From: Phycisphaerales bacterium
GTDB taxonomy: Bacteria > Planctomycetota > Phycisphaerae > Phycisphaerales > UBA1924
Direction: 5' to 3'
Assembly (NCBI GenBank): GCA_965227775.1
Contig: OZ245777.1
Span: 480,001-544,000, forward strand
Length of the DNA stretch: 64,000 nt
Shown: positions 13,268 through 23,500 of the stretch, piece by piece
Layout of the letters: each line of letters starts with the position of its first letter
Position numbering within the stretch: position 1 is the stretch's first letter
The notes under the pieces: generated by a model
Told to the model about the DNA's origin: nothing
The model's input: the letters and a program-made list of their open reading frames with translations, nothing else
Databases searched by the model: none
Program-made: the position numbers and the translations under genes

Positions 13268-14191
13268 TTACCAGGAGTATCCCAGCTCGAGCAATGCAGG
13301 CTCCATGTGCGGTCGCATGCGCTCGAGTTGCTCGTCTGAGTTTGCGCCCTGCCGCTTGGCGAAACGTCCCTGATCGACACTCCCAACGAACCGATCGACC
13401 ATGCCATCATCAGGCAGGCCGGCGAACTCGAGGATCCGCGACATCGTCGGACCGGGGTCGGCCACGATGTCCTCATACCGGAAGATCAGCACGTTGGGCT
13501 CTTCGCCCCGGGCCTTGGCCTGCTCGACCATGGCGTTCACGTCCCGGAACGCGGTCAAGATCGTCGCCGACCATTGCTTGGCTCGCACAACATCGGGGTG
13601 GTCATGGCCCACCCACTCTCGCCAGCCGGGCGGCCTTGGTCCCCAGATCGGCAGCGGCTTTCCGAGCACTCGGCGACGAAACACATCGGCCGCACGACCG
13701 GCCTGCGCGGGCCACTCGTGCAGCGGCGTGCTCGCGGCGCGATGAAATGCGATGTGCAGCTTGCCCTTGCGTTGCTGCACGTCCGCGGTCGAGCGAACCA
13801 CGCTCCGGCCGTCACGCAACACGAGCAGGATCTTCGCCTGCGGGAACACCGCCCGCAGGAACGGAACGCGCAGGCAGTTGCTGGGCGTCTTCTCCATCAG
13901 CCGGGGCTTGCCTTGCTGGGCCTGAATCTTCAAGAACGCTCGGTGGATCCGAGCGATCGTGCGTGGCGTCGCATCCGCCTCCGTTAAACGGTCATCCGGT
14001 CGGTACGCATTGCCGCGGATCCAGATATGCCGCGGCTCGTTCGCGCTGGCAACCTGCGGATGCTGGCTGAACATCTTGTACAGCCAGGTGGTGCCGCTCC
14101 GCTGGGTACCAACCAGGAGGATCGGACTCGGGTCGAGCGAGACACCCTCAGAATGCACGCTGGAATGTGGAGGCCCGCCGTTGCCCTGCAT
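13268..14191 (-). CDS. Sulfotransferase family protein
   Basis: PAPS-binding VGTQRSGTTWL, MEKTPSN, LRDGRSVVRS and FRYEDIV motifs. Start set at ATG 14191, with TACGCT 6 nt upstream. Confidence 0.88.
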   Translation of the reverse strand: MQGNGGPPHSSVHSEGVSLDPSPILLVGTQRSGTTWLYKMFSQHPQVASANEPRHIWIRGNAYRPDDRLTEADATPRTIARIHRAFLKIQAQQGKPRLMEKTPSNCLRVPFLRAVFPQAKILLVLRDGRSVVRSTADVQQRKGKLHIAFHRAASTPLHEWPAQAGRAADVFRRRVLGKPLPIWGPRPPGWREWVGHDHPDVVRAKQWSATILTAFRDVNAMVEQAKARGEEPNVLIFRYEDIVADPGPTMSRILEFAGLPDDGMVDRFVGSVDQGRFAKRQGANSDEQLERMRPHMEPALLELGYSW

Positions 14192-14242
14192 GGCAGGAGC
14201 GTAGGCAAACTTCGCCTCCCGACTTACCGGCAACCCTCGTCG

Positions 14243-15574
14243 CTACGATGCGCTCGAGGCACCACCGGGTGGGCGATCGATGCGCCTCATCGGTGCGGGT
14301 CGCAGGTACGTCAGGCTCCGCCACAACCACTCCATCGGGCCAAAGCGGAATTGTGAGAGCCAGATCGGGCTGATGATGAGCTGCAGCGCCCACACGCCCA
14401 GGACAATCGGCACGAGCTGGCTCCGGCTCAGCTCACCGAAGTACCCCAGGCCCCAGCCGTAGAAGATGAAAGCGCCGATGAGCGATTGCATGAGGTAGTT
14501 GGTCAGTGCCATCCGGCCGACCGAAGCGAGCGCGTGGCGCAACCAACCAATCGCCCCACTCTTGCAGAGCAACATGATCAAGGCAATCCAGGCGAGCGCA
14601 ACACCAATGCTCCCAAGGTAGTTGAACCAGCCCACCACCCCGAAGAAGGCCACGGGATCAAACCCGTTCGCACGGTTTACGAGCACGCCAGCGACCACGA
14701 GGCCGCCGCCGAAGATCGCGCTCGCAGCGAACATGCCGGCATAGAAACGCATCGATCGCGCTGCCTTGAAGACGCCCGCCTGGTGCAAGGCCATGCCGAG
14801 CAGCATGAGTGCCCCAACGCGCCACAAGACGTAGGTCGCGAACACCCAGGTCTGCATGAAGATGACACTGGGTGCTTGGCCGAGAGCCCGCGCGATGAAA
14901 CCACCAAGCGCGATGTCTCGCTCGTCCTTGAGCGAAGACTCGGTGGGATAGAACATAATGCTCGTGCCCTTCCACGCTTCGGCCAACCCGCCGCTCTCAG
15001 CATTCCGCATAGCCTCAAACATCAGCTGCTGGAGACCGTTCAAGGCGAGCCCGACAATAACGAGCAGCGAGGCAATAAGCACGAGCCACATCCGCCGGAG
15101 CTTGCGCAGCGGATAGACCATCATCCCGACGAGCGCATACGCAACCAGGATGTCGCCGAACCAGATCACGTACGCATGGATCATGCCGATCAGCAGGAGC
15201 CAGCCCATACGCCGGTAGTGCACGCCAGCAGCGCTCCGGCCCGTGGCATCCATTCTCTCGGCCATCAGCGCCACGCCAGCTCCGAACAGCATCGAGAAGA
15301 TCGCCATCATCTTCATGTCGAAGAGAAGGTGGCTGAATAGCCAGGTGAGGTAGTCGGCGCCCTCAAAGCCACCGCCGGCGGGTGGATTGAAGAACGCCGT
15401 GCCGGTGAAGGCGAAGATCGGGATATTCATCACGAAGATGCCCAGCAGGGCAACGCCACGGAGCGTGTCGATGGAACTGATGCGATCCTGGCGAACCGTC
15501 GGGCCGAGCGGCCCTGGCTCAGGAGGCGGCGTCTCAAAGGACCGTGCGGCAGCGACCGGGGGCTGGTCTTGCAT
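14243..15574 (-). CDS. DUF418/YeiB family membrane protein
   Basis: RISSIDTLRGVALLGI, FSMLFGAG, GRMALTNYLMQS and FRFGPMEWLWRSLTY motifs. Confidence 0.9.
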   Translation of the reverse strand: MQDQPPVAAARSFETPPPEPGPLGPTVRQDRISSIDTLRGVALLGIFVMNIPIFAFTGTAFFNPPAGGGFEGADYLTWLFSHLLFDMKMMAIFSMLFGAGVALMAERMDATGRSAAGVHYRRMGWLLLIGMIHAYVIWFGDILVAYALVGMMVYPLRKLRRMWLVLIASLLVIVGLALNGLQQLMFEAMRNAESGGLAEAWKGTSIMFYPTESSLKDERDIALGGFIARALGQAPSVIFMQTWVFATYVLWRVGALMLLGMALHQAGVFKAARSMRFYAGMFAASAIFGGGLVVAGVLVNRANGFDPVAFFGVVGWFNYLGSIGVALAWIALIMLLCKSGAIGWLRHALASVGRMALTNYLMQSLIGAFIFYGWGLGYFGELSRSQLVPIVLGVWALQLIISPIWLSQFRFGPMEWLWRSLTYLRPAPMRRIDRPPGGASSAS

Positions 15575-15633
15575 CGCCCATGATACCGACGGGGGAGTTA
15601 CCCAGTCTCGCACGAAGGTCTACACAAACGCAA

Positions 15634-15658
15634 GAACCCCGGCGAGCTGCCGGGGTTC
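15634..15658 (-). terminator. Hairpin terminator downstream of tRNA-Val
   Basis: GAACCCCGGC-gagct-GCCGGGGTTC, followed on the minus strand by TTGCGTTTGT. Confidence 0.65.
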
Positions 15659-15672
15659 CGATCAAAACAAAA

Positions 15673-15746
15673 TGAGCGCAACAGGACTCGAACCTGTGAC
15701 CTCTGCCATGTGACGGCAGCGCTCTAGCCAACTGAGCTATGCGCCC
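15673..15746 (-). tRNA. tRNA-Val(CAC), CCA not encoded
   Basis: Reverse complement reads GGGCGCATAGCTCAGTTGGCTAGAGCGCTGCC-GTCACAT-GGCAGAGGTCACAGGTTCGAGTCCTGTTGCGCTCA and folds as a full cloverleaf. Confidence 0.95.
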
Positions 15747-15775
15747 GAGCTGGCAAGTATATCCGAGGTGCCGCC

Positions 15776-17254
15776 TCACGTCGCGGGCGTGGCCGCCCTC
15801 CGCCGCAGGGCCAGCACGGTGCGATCGTCGTTCGCCGCGGCCCCTCCTGTGAAGCGATCGACCTCCGCAAGAAGCCCGTCAACAACCGCCTGCGGCCCGC
15901 TCGGGGCCAGCCGCTGGACGAGCTCGATGATGCGATCCACCCCGAATTGGACGCCGTCCTCCCCCGCCGCTTCGGCGTTGCCATCGGTCGCCACGAGCAA
16001 CAGATCTCCGGGCTCCAGCGCGACGGAGCGTGCGGCGTACTCCGGCAGCTCGGCCAAGATGCCCAGCGGCACGGTGTCCGTCGGCAGACGCTCGACCCGG
16101 CCCGTTGCCGCCCGAACGACGAGCTGCGGGTCCTGCCCCGCGCTCACCATCCGCACGACGCCGCTGGCTTCATCGAGCACGCCCATCCACGCCGTGACGA
16201 AGCGACCATCGGGCAGGCTGTCATGCATGCGCTGGTTCAGCACGCTCGTGATCCGGACCACGTCGTGCGCAGGCTCGTGCTGCCAAGCCAGCTTGGCCAT
16301 GGCCTGCAGCTGCGAGACAGCGAGCGCCGGTCCGATGCCATGACCCGTCGCGTCGGCCACCATCATCGAAACACCGCCGCCGTCCAATATCGTGAGATCG
16401 AACGTGTCACCGCCCGTCTCCTCGGCGGGAATGCTCGTGCCGGCAAGCTCGTAGCAATCGAGGGCCGGCAGCTCGCGCGGCAGCGCCGCTTGCTGGATAC
16501 GCCGCGCAACCTGGAGGTTGTCGCGCATCTGCCGGTTCAACTGCTCTTGCACGCCCTCAAACCGATTCATGAGCGCGTTGAGACCGAGCCCTGATATCCC
16601 GAGCACGCCGATCGCCGCGACGCCGGCGAAGATCAGCACCCATTGCGTGCTCTCGCGCCCAACGTTGACGACGCTCGCCACGGGCTGATGCACGAGCAGG
16701 CGGAGCCCATCATCACCCACCGGCTGCGTGCCCACAAAGTGATAATCGCTCGTGAACCGAACGACGCCCGTGCTTGGCATGCCGAGAGAGCCCGCTTGCA
16801 TGAGCGGCACCGACTCGTCGCGATGCTCCAGACTCGCTGCGAGTGCTTTGCCGTCAAAGCTGAAGCTACGCAGATCCGGATTCTCGCGAATTTCCGGATG
16901 GCACAGCAACCGACCATCGGGCTCGACGAGGCACACGAAGCCGCCGGCGGGAAGATCGCTGAGCGCCTCGCCTTCGATGATCCGCTGGAGGCGATCCCAC
17001 TCCTCGCTTCCAAACTCGACATCGCCCATCGTTTCGGGCAACAAGTTGGCGACGTTGGCGGCAATCTCGGCATTCTGTTGCTGGACCAGTTCTTCAACAA
17101 CACCCGCGAACGAACGCTGCACGATGCGAAACGTCACAATCCAACCGATGCTCAAGACGATGGCTTGCAATGCGAGGGCCGACGCAAGCAAGGCGCGCCG
17201 GCTCTTGGGCCGAGCGAGAATGCGAATGATCTTTCGACTGCGCAGGCCAACCAC
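15776..17254 (-). CDS. Membrane-bound PP2C/SpoIIE (RsbU-like) protein phosphatase with an extracytoplasmic sensor domain
   Basis: Two TM segments, then ARRIQQAALP, TGGDTFD, VADATGHG, ATDG and NDDRT motifs. Start position uncertain. Confidence 0.88.
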   Translation of the reverse strand: MVGLRSRKIIRILARPKSRRALLASALALQAIVLSIGWIVTFRIVQRSFAGVVEELVQQQNAEIAANVANLLPETMGDVEFGSEEWDRLQRIIEGEALSDLPAGGFVCLVEPDGRLLCHPEIRENPDLRSFSFDGKALAASLEHRDESVPLMQAGSLGMPSTGVVRFTSDYHFVGTQPVGDDGLRLLVHQPVASVVNVGRESTQWVLIFAGVAAIGVLGISGLGLNALMNRFEGVQEQLNRQMRDNLQVARRIQQAALPRELPALDCYELAGTSIPAEETGGDTFDLTILDGGGVSMMVADATGHGIGPALAVSQLQAMAKLAWQHEPAHDVVRITSVLNQRMHDSLPDGRFVTAWMGVLDEASGVVRMVSAGQDPQLVVRAATGRVERLPTDTVPLGILAELPEYAARSVALEPGDLLLVATDGNAEAAGEDGVQFGVDRIIELVQRLAPSGPQAVVDGLLAEVDRFTGGAAANDDRTVLALRRRAATPAT

Positions 17255-17347
17255 GACGCAACTCCCAGTGCGCTCAGCGCACTCGGAAGCCCGAATCGCT
17301 GCGAACGCTCGACTGTTCCCGAGTTTCAGATACGGCCAGAACCCGGT

Positions 17348-18034
17348 TCAGGCGTGCCGGAGGTTCTCGCCGGTCTCGCGGAAGATCAGGTCGCGGCAGA
17401 TGCCCGCCATGACATCGGCGGTCCGCTCCAGCTCCCGGCCCACCCGGTAGATGTAGAGCCCGGCCAGATCGCCCTGTGGCTCGTTGTTGATGAGCTCGAG
17501 GGTTTCGGCGAACAGGGTCTTCTCGAGGTCGTCGATGACCTCGTCCTCGGTGATAATCTCACGAGCAGCCGCCAGGTCTTCATCGAGCACGGCTCGCAGC
17601 GTCTTGTGACAGCACGCCGGAACGCGGTGGGCCATCTCGATGAGCGACGTCGGCCAGCGCGGCTCGAGCCCGGCCTTGACCATCCGCGACGCGCACTTGG
17701 CGATGCTGGTCGCGTGGTCGCCCACACGCTCGACCTGGGTGTTGACACGCAGGACGAACAAAACCTCGCGGAAGTCGCTGGCGACCGGGTGCTGCATCAG
17801 CAGCAGGTCGAGGCAGGCCTGCTCGATCTCGAGTTCCTGCCGATCGATGACATCATCCTGCTTGCGAACGGCCTTGGCCTGCGGCCTGTCAAGCCGCAGT
17901 AAGGCGTCGAGGGCCTGCTCGATCATCGCCGTCGCGTACGACGCTTCCTTAATCAGCTGCCGCTTGAGGCTGACGATCTGCCTGGGCAGGCCCTGCCCGC
18001 CGATCGGTCGATCGAATGCCGGTCGAGATTCCAT
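17348..18034 (-). CDS. phoU: Phosphate signalling complex protein PhoU
   Basis: DDVID...IEQAC, QHPVASDFR, VERVGDHATSIA and ELERTAD repeats. Confidence 0.9.
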   Translation of the reverse strand: MESRPAFDRPIGGQGLPRQIVSLKRQLIKEASYATAMIEQALDALLRLDRPQAKAVRKQDDVIDRQELEIEQACLDLLLMQHPVASDFREVLFVLRVNTQVERVGDHATSIAKCASRMVKAGLEPRWPTSLIEMAHRVPACCHKTLRAVLDEDLAAAREIITEDEVIDDLEKTLFAETLELINNEPQGDLAGLYIYRVGRELERTADVMAGICRDLIFRETGENLRHA

Positions 18035-18140
18035 CAACAAGCCACCCCTCCGTGGAACGAGGCGGTCTCCGCATGCTGGATGCCCCGGAGACCATCGGTG
18101 ATTCTAGGCATCACGCTCCATCCGGCGTACGCTCTCACAG

Positions 18141-19151
18141 ATGCCTCCGCCCCCGCAGACCAGCCTCGAGAGCCCGCCATCCGCCCGAGAGTCCATCTCG
18201 GATTCCGAGCCAGCAGACGCACGGGGAGCGACAAGCGAACCCAGACAAAGCGCAGCGAAGCCTGCCCCGCCGGGTCCCGTGCGACCCGCGCGACACATCG
18301 CCATCGCCACACCTCCCAGGCGCGGGCGTCTCGCATCAGCCGTTGTCGAGGCGTGGAAGCGAACGATCCGCCGTGTGCTCAGGCCAGCACTTGTACCACT
18401 CGAAGACGCGATCGCTGGCGCTGGCGGCTGGCACGCATGGCGCGGCGGGCTCGACGGCAGCCTGACGAGCGCAATCGGCGATGTCCACATCGAGCGACGC
18501 CTGCGCGACGAGCTCGCGTATTGGGTCAAGGCCGTCCGCGTCCCGGGTGCACACGAGGCCATCGATCCCACGTTCGGCGACTTCCATGACGTCTTCGCCC
18601 GCTGGCAGACCGATCGATGTAAGGAACTCGCCGCCTGGTTGGAAGTGCCCGACGTCGCCGCATGGCAGCTCAAGACTGCCGCGCTCGAGATTGGAGGCGG
18701 GCCGCACCCGATGGTCGCCCAGGGCCGCTGGCGATTCGCCGCCGCGGTCGACCCGCTCAACGACGGGTATGCCGCGTGCGACCTGTTCCCACCGGGCCCG
18801 CTGGGCTTCACATCCATCGCCGCCTCGGGCGAGCAGATGCCCGTAACGAGCGCGAGCTTCGACGTTGTGGTGTGCGACAACTGCCTCGACCACGTGGCAG
18901 ACCCGGGTCGCGTCGTCGCCGAGATCGCACGCGTGCTCGCACCCGGCGGCCACGCCTGGATCCTCGTCGACTTGCGCACCACGATCGACGACATGCACCC
19001 CCACGCCTTCACGCCCGAGCTGCTGGCCGCAATGCTCACCAGCCAGGGCTTGGACGTCGTCCGCGAACGCATCGGCGAGCACGCAAGCCATCCGCTCGCG
19101 CACGGCGAGGTCCGCGTCCTGGCGCGAAAGCACCACGATCGGCCAGGGTAA
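18141..19151 (+). CDS. Class I SAM-dependent methyltransferase
   Basis: ALEIGGG, ASFDVVVCDNCLDHV and EIARVLAPGG motifs. Confidence 0.82.
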   Translation: MPPPPQTSLESPPSARESISDSEPADARGATSEPRQSAAKPAPPGPVRPARHIAIATPPRRGRLASAVVEAWKRTIRRVLRPALVPLEDAIAGAGGWHAWRGGLDGSLTSAIGDVHIERRLRDELAYWVKAVRVPGAHEAIDPTFGDFHDVFARWQTDRCKELAAWLEVPDVAAWQLKTAALEIGGGPHPMVAQGRWRFAAAVDPLNDGYAACDLFPPGPLGFTSIAASGEQMPVTSASFDVVVCDNCLDHVADPGRVVAEIARVLAPGGHAWILVDLRTTIDDMHPHAFTPELLAAMLTSQGLDVVRERIGEHASHPLAHGEVRVLARKHHDRPG

Positions 19152-19156
19152 ATCGA

Positions 19157-19181
19157 AAACCGCCGGGAAACCCGGCGGTTT
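19157..19181. terminator. Bidirectional intrinsic terminator
   Basis: AAACCGCCGGG-aaa-CCCGGCGGTTT between convergent genes. Confidence 0.8.
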
Positions 19182-19207
19182 GTGAAGAGAGCGATCGAGC
19201 GGACGAG

Positions 19208-20059
19208 TCAGCGGCGGCGACGCATGCCGGCGAAGCCAGCTGCTCCAGCGAAGGCCAGCAGCGACGCGGGCGCCGGGACGACGTAGATGTTGTCCCAGCC
19301 CATGATGTTGCCGTCGCTACCACCCACGAAGAAGCGGAAGTCGTCGGGCAGGGCGAGGGCCGAGCTGGCACCACCGGTCATGAACCAGCCATCAGGGTTG
19401 GCCGTGCTCGACATACCAGTCGTCAGGTCGAGAATGGTGACCGACAGGATGCGGTTGCTCGTGAAGTCGATATCGATGATCTGGCGGTACCAGTGGTTGG
19501 TGTCCAGATTCTCCCACGCGGCGCCGGGCGACAGGTTGTTGGTCGCAACGCCGGCAGCGTCGAACACGTTGAACTCGGCCTTGAAGCCGGCCGACGGGTT
19601 CGTCAGGTCAATAAAGTTGTTCAGGGCGATGAATGACTTGAAGCTACCGGCCGCGGCGCCGTCGCTCTGCAGCGAGAAGCTCGACAAATTGAGGGCCGAG
19701 TCGCCCGCACCATCGAAGTTAGCCGCCATGTCGTACGCGATCGTGTACGAACCACCGCCGAAGTCGAAGCCCTTCTGGGCCCGGGCAAACTGCGGCGTGC
19801 CGCTGCTGCGACCACCAATGAACTGGTTGCCGCCCACGGGGTTCTGGGACAATCCAAGCGTGTTGCCCGAGTAGGTGTACAGGCCGTGCTCGATGCCCGA
19901 GGCGACGGGCTGGTACCAGCCTTCCACGCCAACGAACGAAGAGCCGGCCGCCGACCCGACGAAGTTGGGCTGCTCGAAGCCACTGATCAGCTGGGCATTG
20001 GCGACACCCGCGGCCGAAAGGCTCAACGCCACAAAAGCGACCTTGGTATTCACGTGCAT
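19208..20059 (-). CDS. Secreted protein with a PEP-CTERM-like (VPAP) sorting tail
   Basis: Signal peptide ending ANA-Q. C-terminus VPAPASLLAFAGAAGFAGMRRRR. Shine-Dalgarno GGAGGAG before ATG 20059. Confidence 0.85.
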   Translation of the reverse strand: MHVNTKVAFVALSLSAAGVANAQLISGFEQPNFVGSAAGSSFVGVEGWYQPVASGIEHGLYTYSGNTLGLSQNPVGGNQFIGGRSSGTPQFARAQKGFDFGGGSYTIAYDMAANFDGAGDSALNLSSFSLQSDGAAAGSFKSFIALNNFIDLTNPSAGFKAEFNVFDAAGVATNNLSPGAAWENLDTNHWYRQIIDIDFTSNRILSVTILDLTTGMSSTANPDGWFMTGGASSALALPDDFRFFVGGSDGNIMGWDNIYVVPAPASLLAFAGAAGFAGMRRRR

Positions 20060-20341
20060 GTCTCGCTCCTCCACAAGCAAGCAGCCTCGAGCACTCCTCC
20101 TAAAAAGTGCCCGCGCCAACATGATCATGACAGGACCGAAGAGAAAAAGCAAGATTATCTCGATCGGTTTTCTTGCCAATCCTTATGTTTGGTTCTTTTT
20201 CGATCTCCCAATCTTACATCGAGCATCGCCAAGAATCCTAAAATACCCATATTCACACAAACTGTCCGGCTTGGTTCCAGTTTTTGGACTACGCACTACC
20301 GCCCAACTGGTGCATCCCTGGAGCCGATGGATCCCAATATG

Positions 20342-20374
20342 AAAAACCCCCGGGCCTGGTGGCGGGCCCGGGGG
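20342..20374 (-). terminator. Intrinsic terminator of the dcd-nrdJ transcript
   Basis: CCCCCGGGCC/GGCCCGGGGG stem followed by TTTTT on the minus strand. Confidence 0.75.
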
Positions 20375-20501
20375 CGGGTGGCGATCATCGGGACCGGGTG
20401 GTGGCGAACCCGCCGTTGAGAAGGGGCGGGCGTGATCCCGACGATCTTTGGGAGAGAAGGAGGTCTTCAGACCGACACGCTCGCGCCCCGGTCGTTGGCG
20501 A

Positions 20502-23500
20502 TCAGCTGCACCCCATGCTGTTGCCGCAGTTCAGGCACTTGTAGCACGTGCCGTTGCGGACAGTGATCGTGCCGCACACGTCGCAAGCGGGCGCGTCGGC
20601 CATGCTCTCGAGCATCGAAGACAGCTGCGCCGCCTCACCCGTCTTGGTCTGCCCCTGCGTCTGGCTCGACGCTTCAGCAACCGGTTGGCGACCGGTGACC
20701 ACAACCTCGGCCGCGCGAGAAACCTTGGCCGTGCCCGTCGCCGCTTCAGCACGCTCCAGGCTTGCCTCTTGCGTCGCGCGGGCGGCGATCTCGACACGCC
20801 CACCGGACCCCTCCGTGGGTCCGGCGAGCGAACGAATGCGGTCACCCGTCCCTGAGTTCGTGTCGCCCTTCGATGACTCGCCCGAGCCACCACGCTTGGG
20901 CGTGTTTGCCTCGCGGTAGCCCGGGATGAATTGGATGCCAAGCCAGCGGAAGATGTAATCCACGAGGCTCTTGGCCAGCGGGATGTCGCGGTTGGTCGTC
21001 ATGCCCGCTGGCTCGAAGCGCTGGTGCGTGAACTTGCGCACCAGGCTCTCCAGCGGCACGCCGTACTGCAGCGACACGCTGACCGCCGTACCCAGGCTGT
21101 CCATCAGGCCACCAATGGTCGAACCTTCCTTGGCCATGGTGATGAACAACTCGCCCGGCATGCCGTCCTCATACAGGCCCACCGTCAGGTAGCCCTCGTG
21201 GCCAGCAATGTTGAACTTGTGCGTGATCGAACCGCGCGTGTCGGGCAGGCGTCGGCGCATCGGCCGGTGAACAATGCGCTCGACGGTCTTCACCGTTGCC
21301 GCCTCGTCGGCCTTGCTGGCCTGCTCGGCAGCGACCACGGTGAGTTCCTCGACTTCTTCGAGCGCTTCGGCCTCACCCTGCTCGTCGATGTCGGCGTCGT
21401 CTTCGAGATCCACCGCGACGAGCACGGGCTCTTCGGCCTTCTTCTCGTCGGCCTCGCCGGCTTCCTCATCCTTCGCGTCGCTCTTGGTGCTCAGCGGCTG
21501 GCTCAGCTTGCAACCATCGCGGTAGAGCGCGTTGGCCTTCAGCCCCAGCTCCCAGCTCAGGCGGTAGCAATCCTTGATGTCGTTGACGCTCGCGTCGTTG
21601 GGCAGGTTGATCGTCTTGCTGATCGCACCACTGATGAACGGCTGGGCCGCCGCCATCATGCGGATGTGGCCCTGCGGCTCGATGTACCGCGTGCTCAGGG
21701 GGCCACAGGTGTTTGCGCAATCGAACACCGACAGGTGCTCGTCCTTCAAGTGCGGAGCACCCTCGAGCGTCTGCGTGCCGCACACCAACAGGTTCAGCTT
21801 GCCCACCTGCTCGCGCGACAGCCCGAGCGCCCGCAGCAGGTTGAACGATGGATCCGCCTTGGCCTCGGCAGCATCGACACCCGCACGCTCGAGCGTCTCG
21901 TCGCCCAACGCCCACGCGCTGAAGGCAAACCCAAGCTCGAACACGCCCGGCAATGCGTCGGTGATGGTCTTGAGGTCCTGCTCGGTCAGCCCCTTGCTGC
22001 GCAGCCACTGCGCAAGCGTCTGGCCGACCTGCGCGCCCGGGACGCCCTCGGGTAACTCCACCTCGAGGTGCAGCGTGCCCAGCAGGTACCGCAGCATGTC
22101 CTGCCGCTGGCTCTCCTCGTAGCCCATGGCTTCGAGCGCGGGCTTCACGCTCGCGTTGGCGATCTTGAAGTACCCGCCGCCGGCCAGCTTCTTGAACTTC
22201 ACCAGCGCGAAATCCGGCTCCACGCCCGTCGTGTCGCAGTCCATGAGCAGGCCGATGGTGCCCGTCGGCGCGATCACCGTGGTCTGGGCGTTGCGGTAGC
22301 CGTGCTTCTCGCCCAGCTGGATGGCCTGGTCCCACGCCATCTTCGCGCGATCGAGCAGCTCGGGCGTGTTCGCCACGGGAATCTCGCCGCTACGGCAGCG
22401 CGACTGATCGATCGGCACCGGACGCGTCTTGGCGTTCAGGCCCTCCCACTCGGCCGCACCGCGCTTCACCCCATGCGCGGCGCGCCGGTGGTTGCGCACG
22501 ACCTTCAGCATGTTCTCGCTGTCGGCCTTGTACCCGGCGAACGGCCCGAGCTCCTTGGCCATCTTCGCAGACATGCGGTACGAGCCACCGGTCAGGATCG
22601 CCGTCAGGCAACCGCAGATCGCGCGCCCATCCTCGCTGTCATACGGAATGCCCGCCTGCATGAGCATGGCGCCCAGGTTGGCGTAGCCCAGCCCCAGCGT
22701 GCGGTACTTCCAGCTCAGCTCGGCGACTTCCTTGCTCGGGTAGGCCGCCATCAGCACGCTGATTTCGAGCACCATCGTCCACACGTCGATGGCGTGCTCG
22801 TACGCACGCACGTCGAAGTGCCGCGTGGGCGCGTCGTAGAACTTCATGAGGTTCAAGGACGCCAGGTTGCACGCCGTGTTGTCCAGGAACATGTACTCGC
22901 TGCACGGGTTGCTCGCGTTGATGCGGCCACCCTCGGGGCACGTGTGCCACGCGTTGATCGTGCTGTCGAACTGCACGCCCGGGTCGGCGCATCGCCAGGC
23001 GGCGTACGCGATGTCGTCCCACAGCTTCCGCGCGTCGACCGTCCGCGCCACACCCTCGGCCGTACGCCAACGCGTCTCCCACACGCTGCCCGCGTCGACC
23101 GACTCAAAGAACTTGTCGGGCACGCGCACCGAGTTGTTGCTGTTCTGCCCGCTGACGCTGGCGTAGGCCTCGCCGTTGAAATCGAAGTCCAGCTTCAAAC
23201 CCAGCCGCTCGGCGGTCTCGCCCACGGTCTCGGGGTCGTGCATGCTGGCGCGCTCGCCGGCAATCTTCTGCAGGCCCTCGACCATCGCCGCCACCTTGAT
23301 CTCCTCGCGAACCTTCCAGTTCACGAAGCTCTCGATGTCGGGGTGGTCCATATCCAGGCACACCATCTTGGCAGCACGCCGCGTCGTCCCACCGCTCTTG
23401 ATGGCGCTCGCGGCGCGATCGCCGATCTTCAGCCAGCTCATGAGCCCGCTGCTCTTACCGCCGCCGCTCAGGGGCTCGCCCTCGCCGCGCAGCTTGCTGA

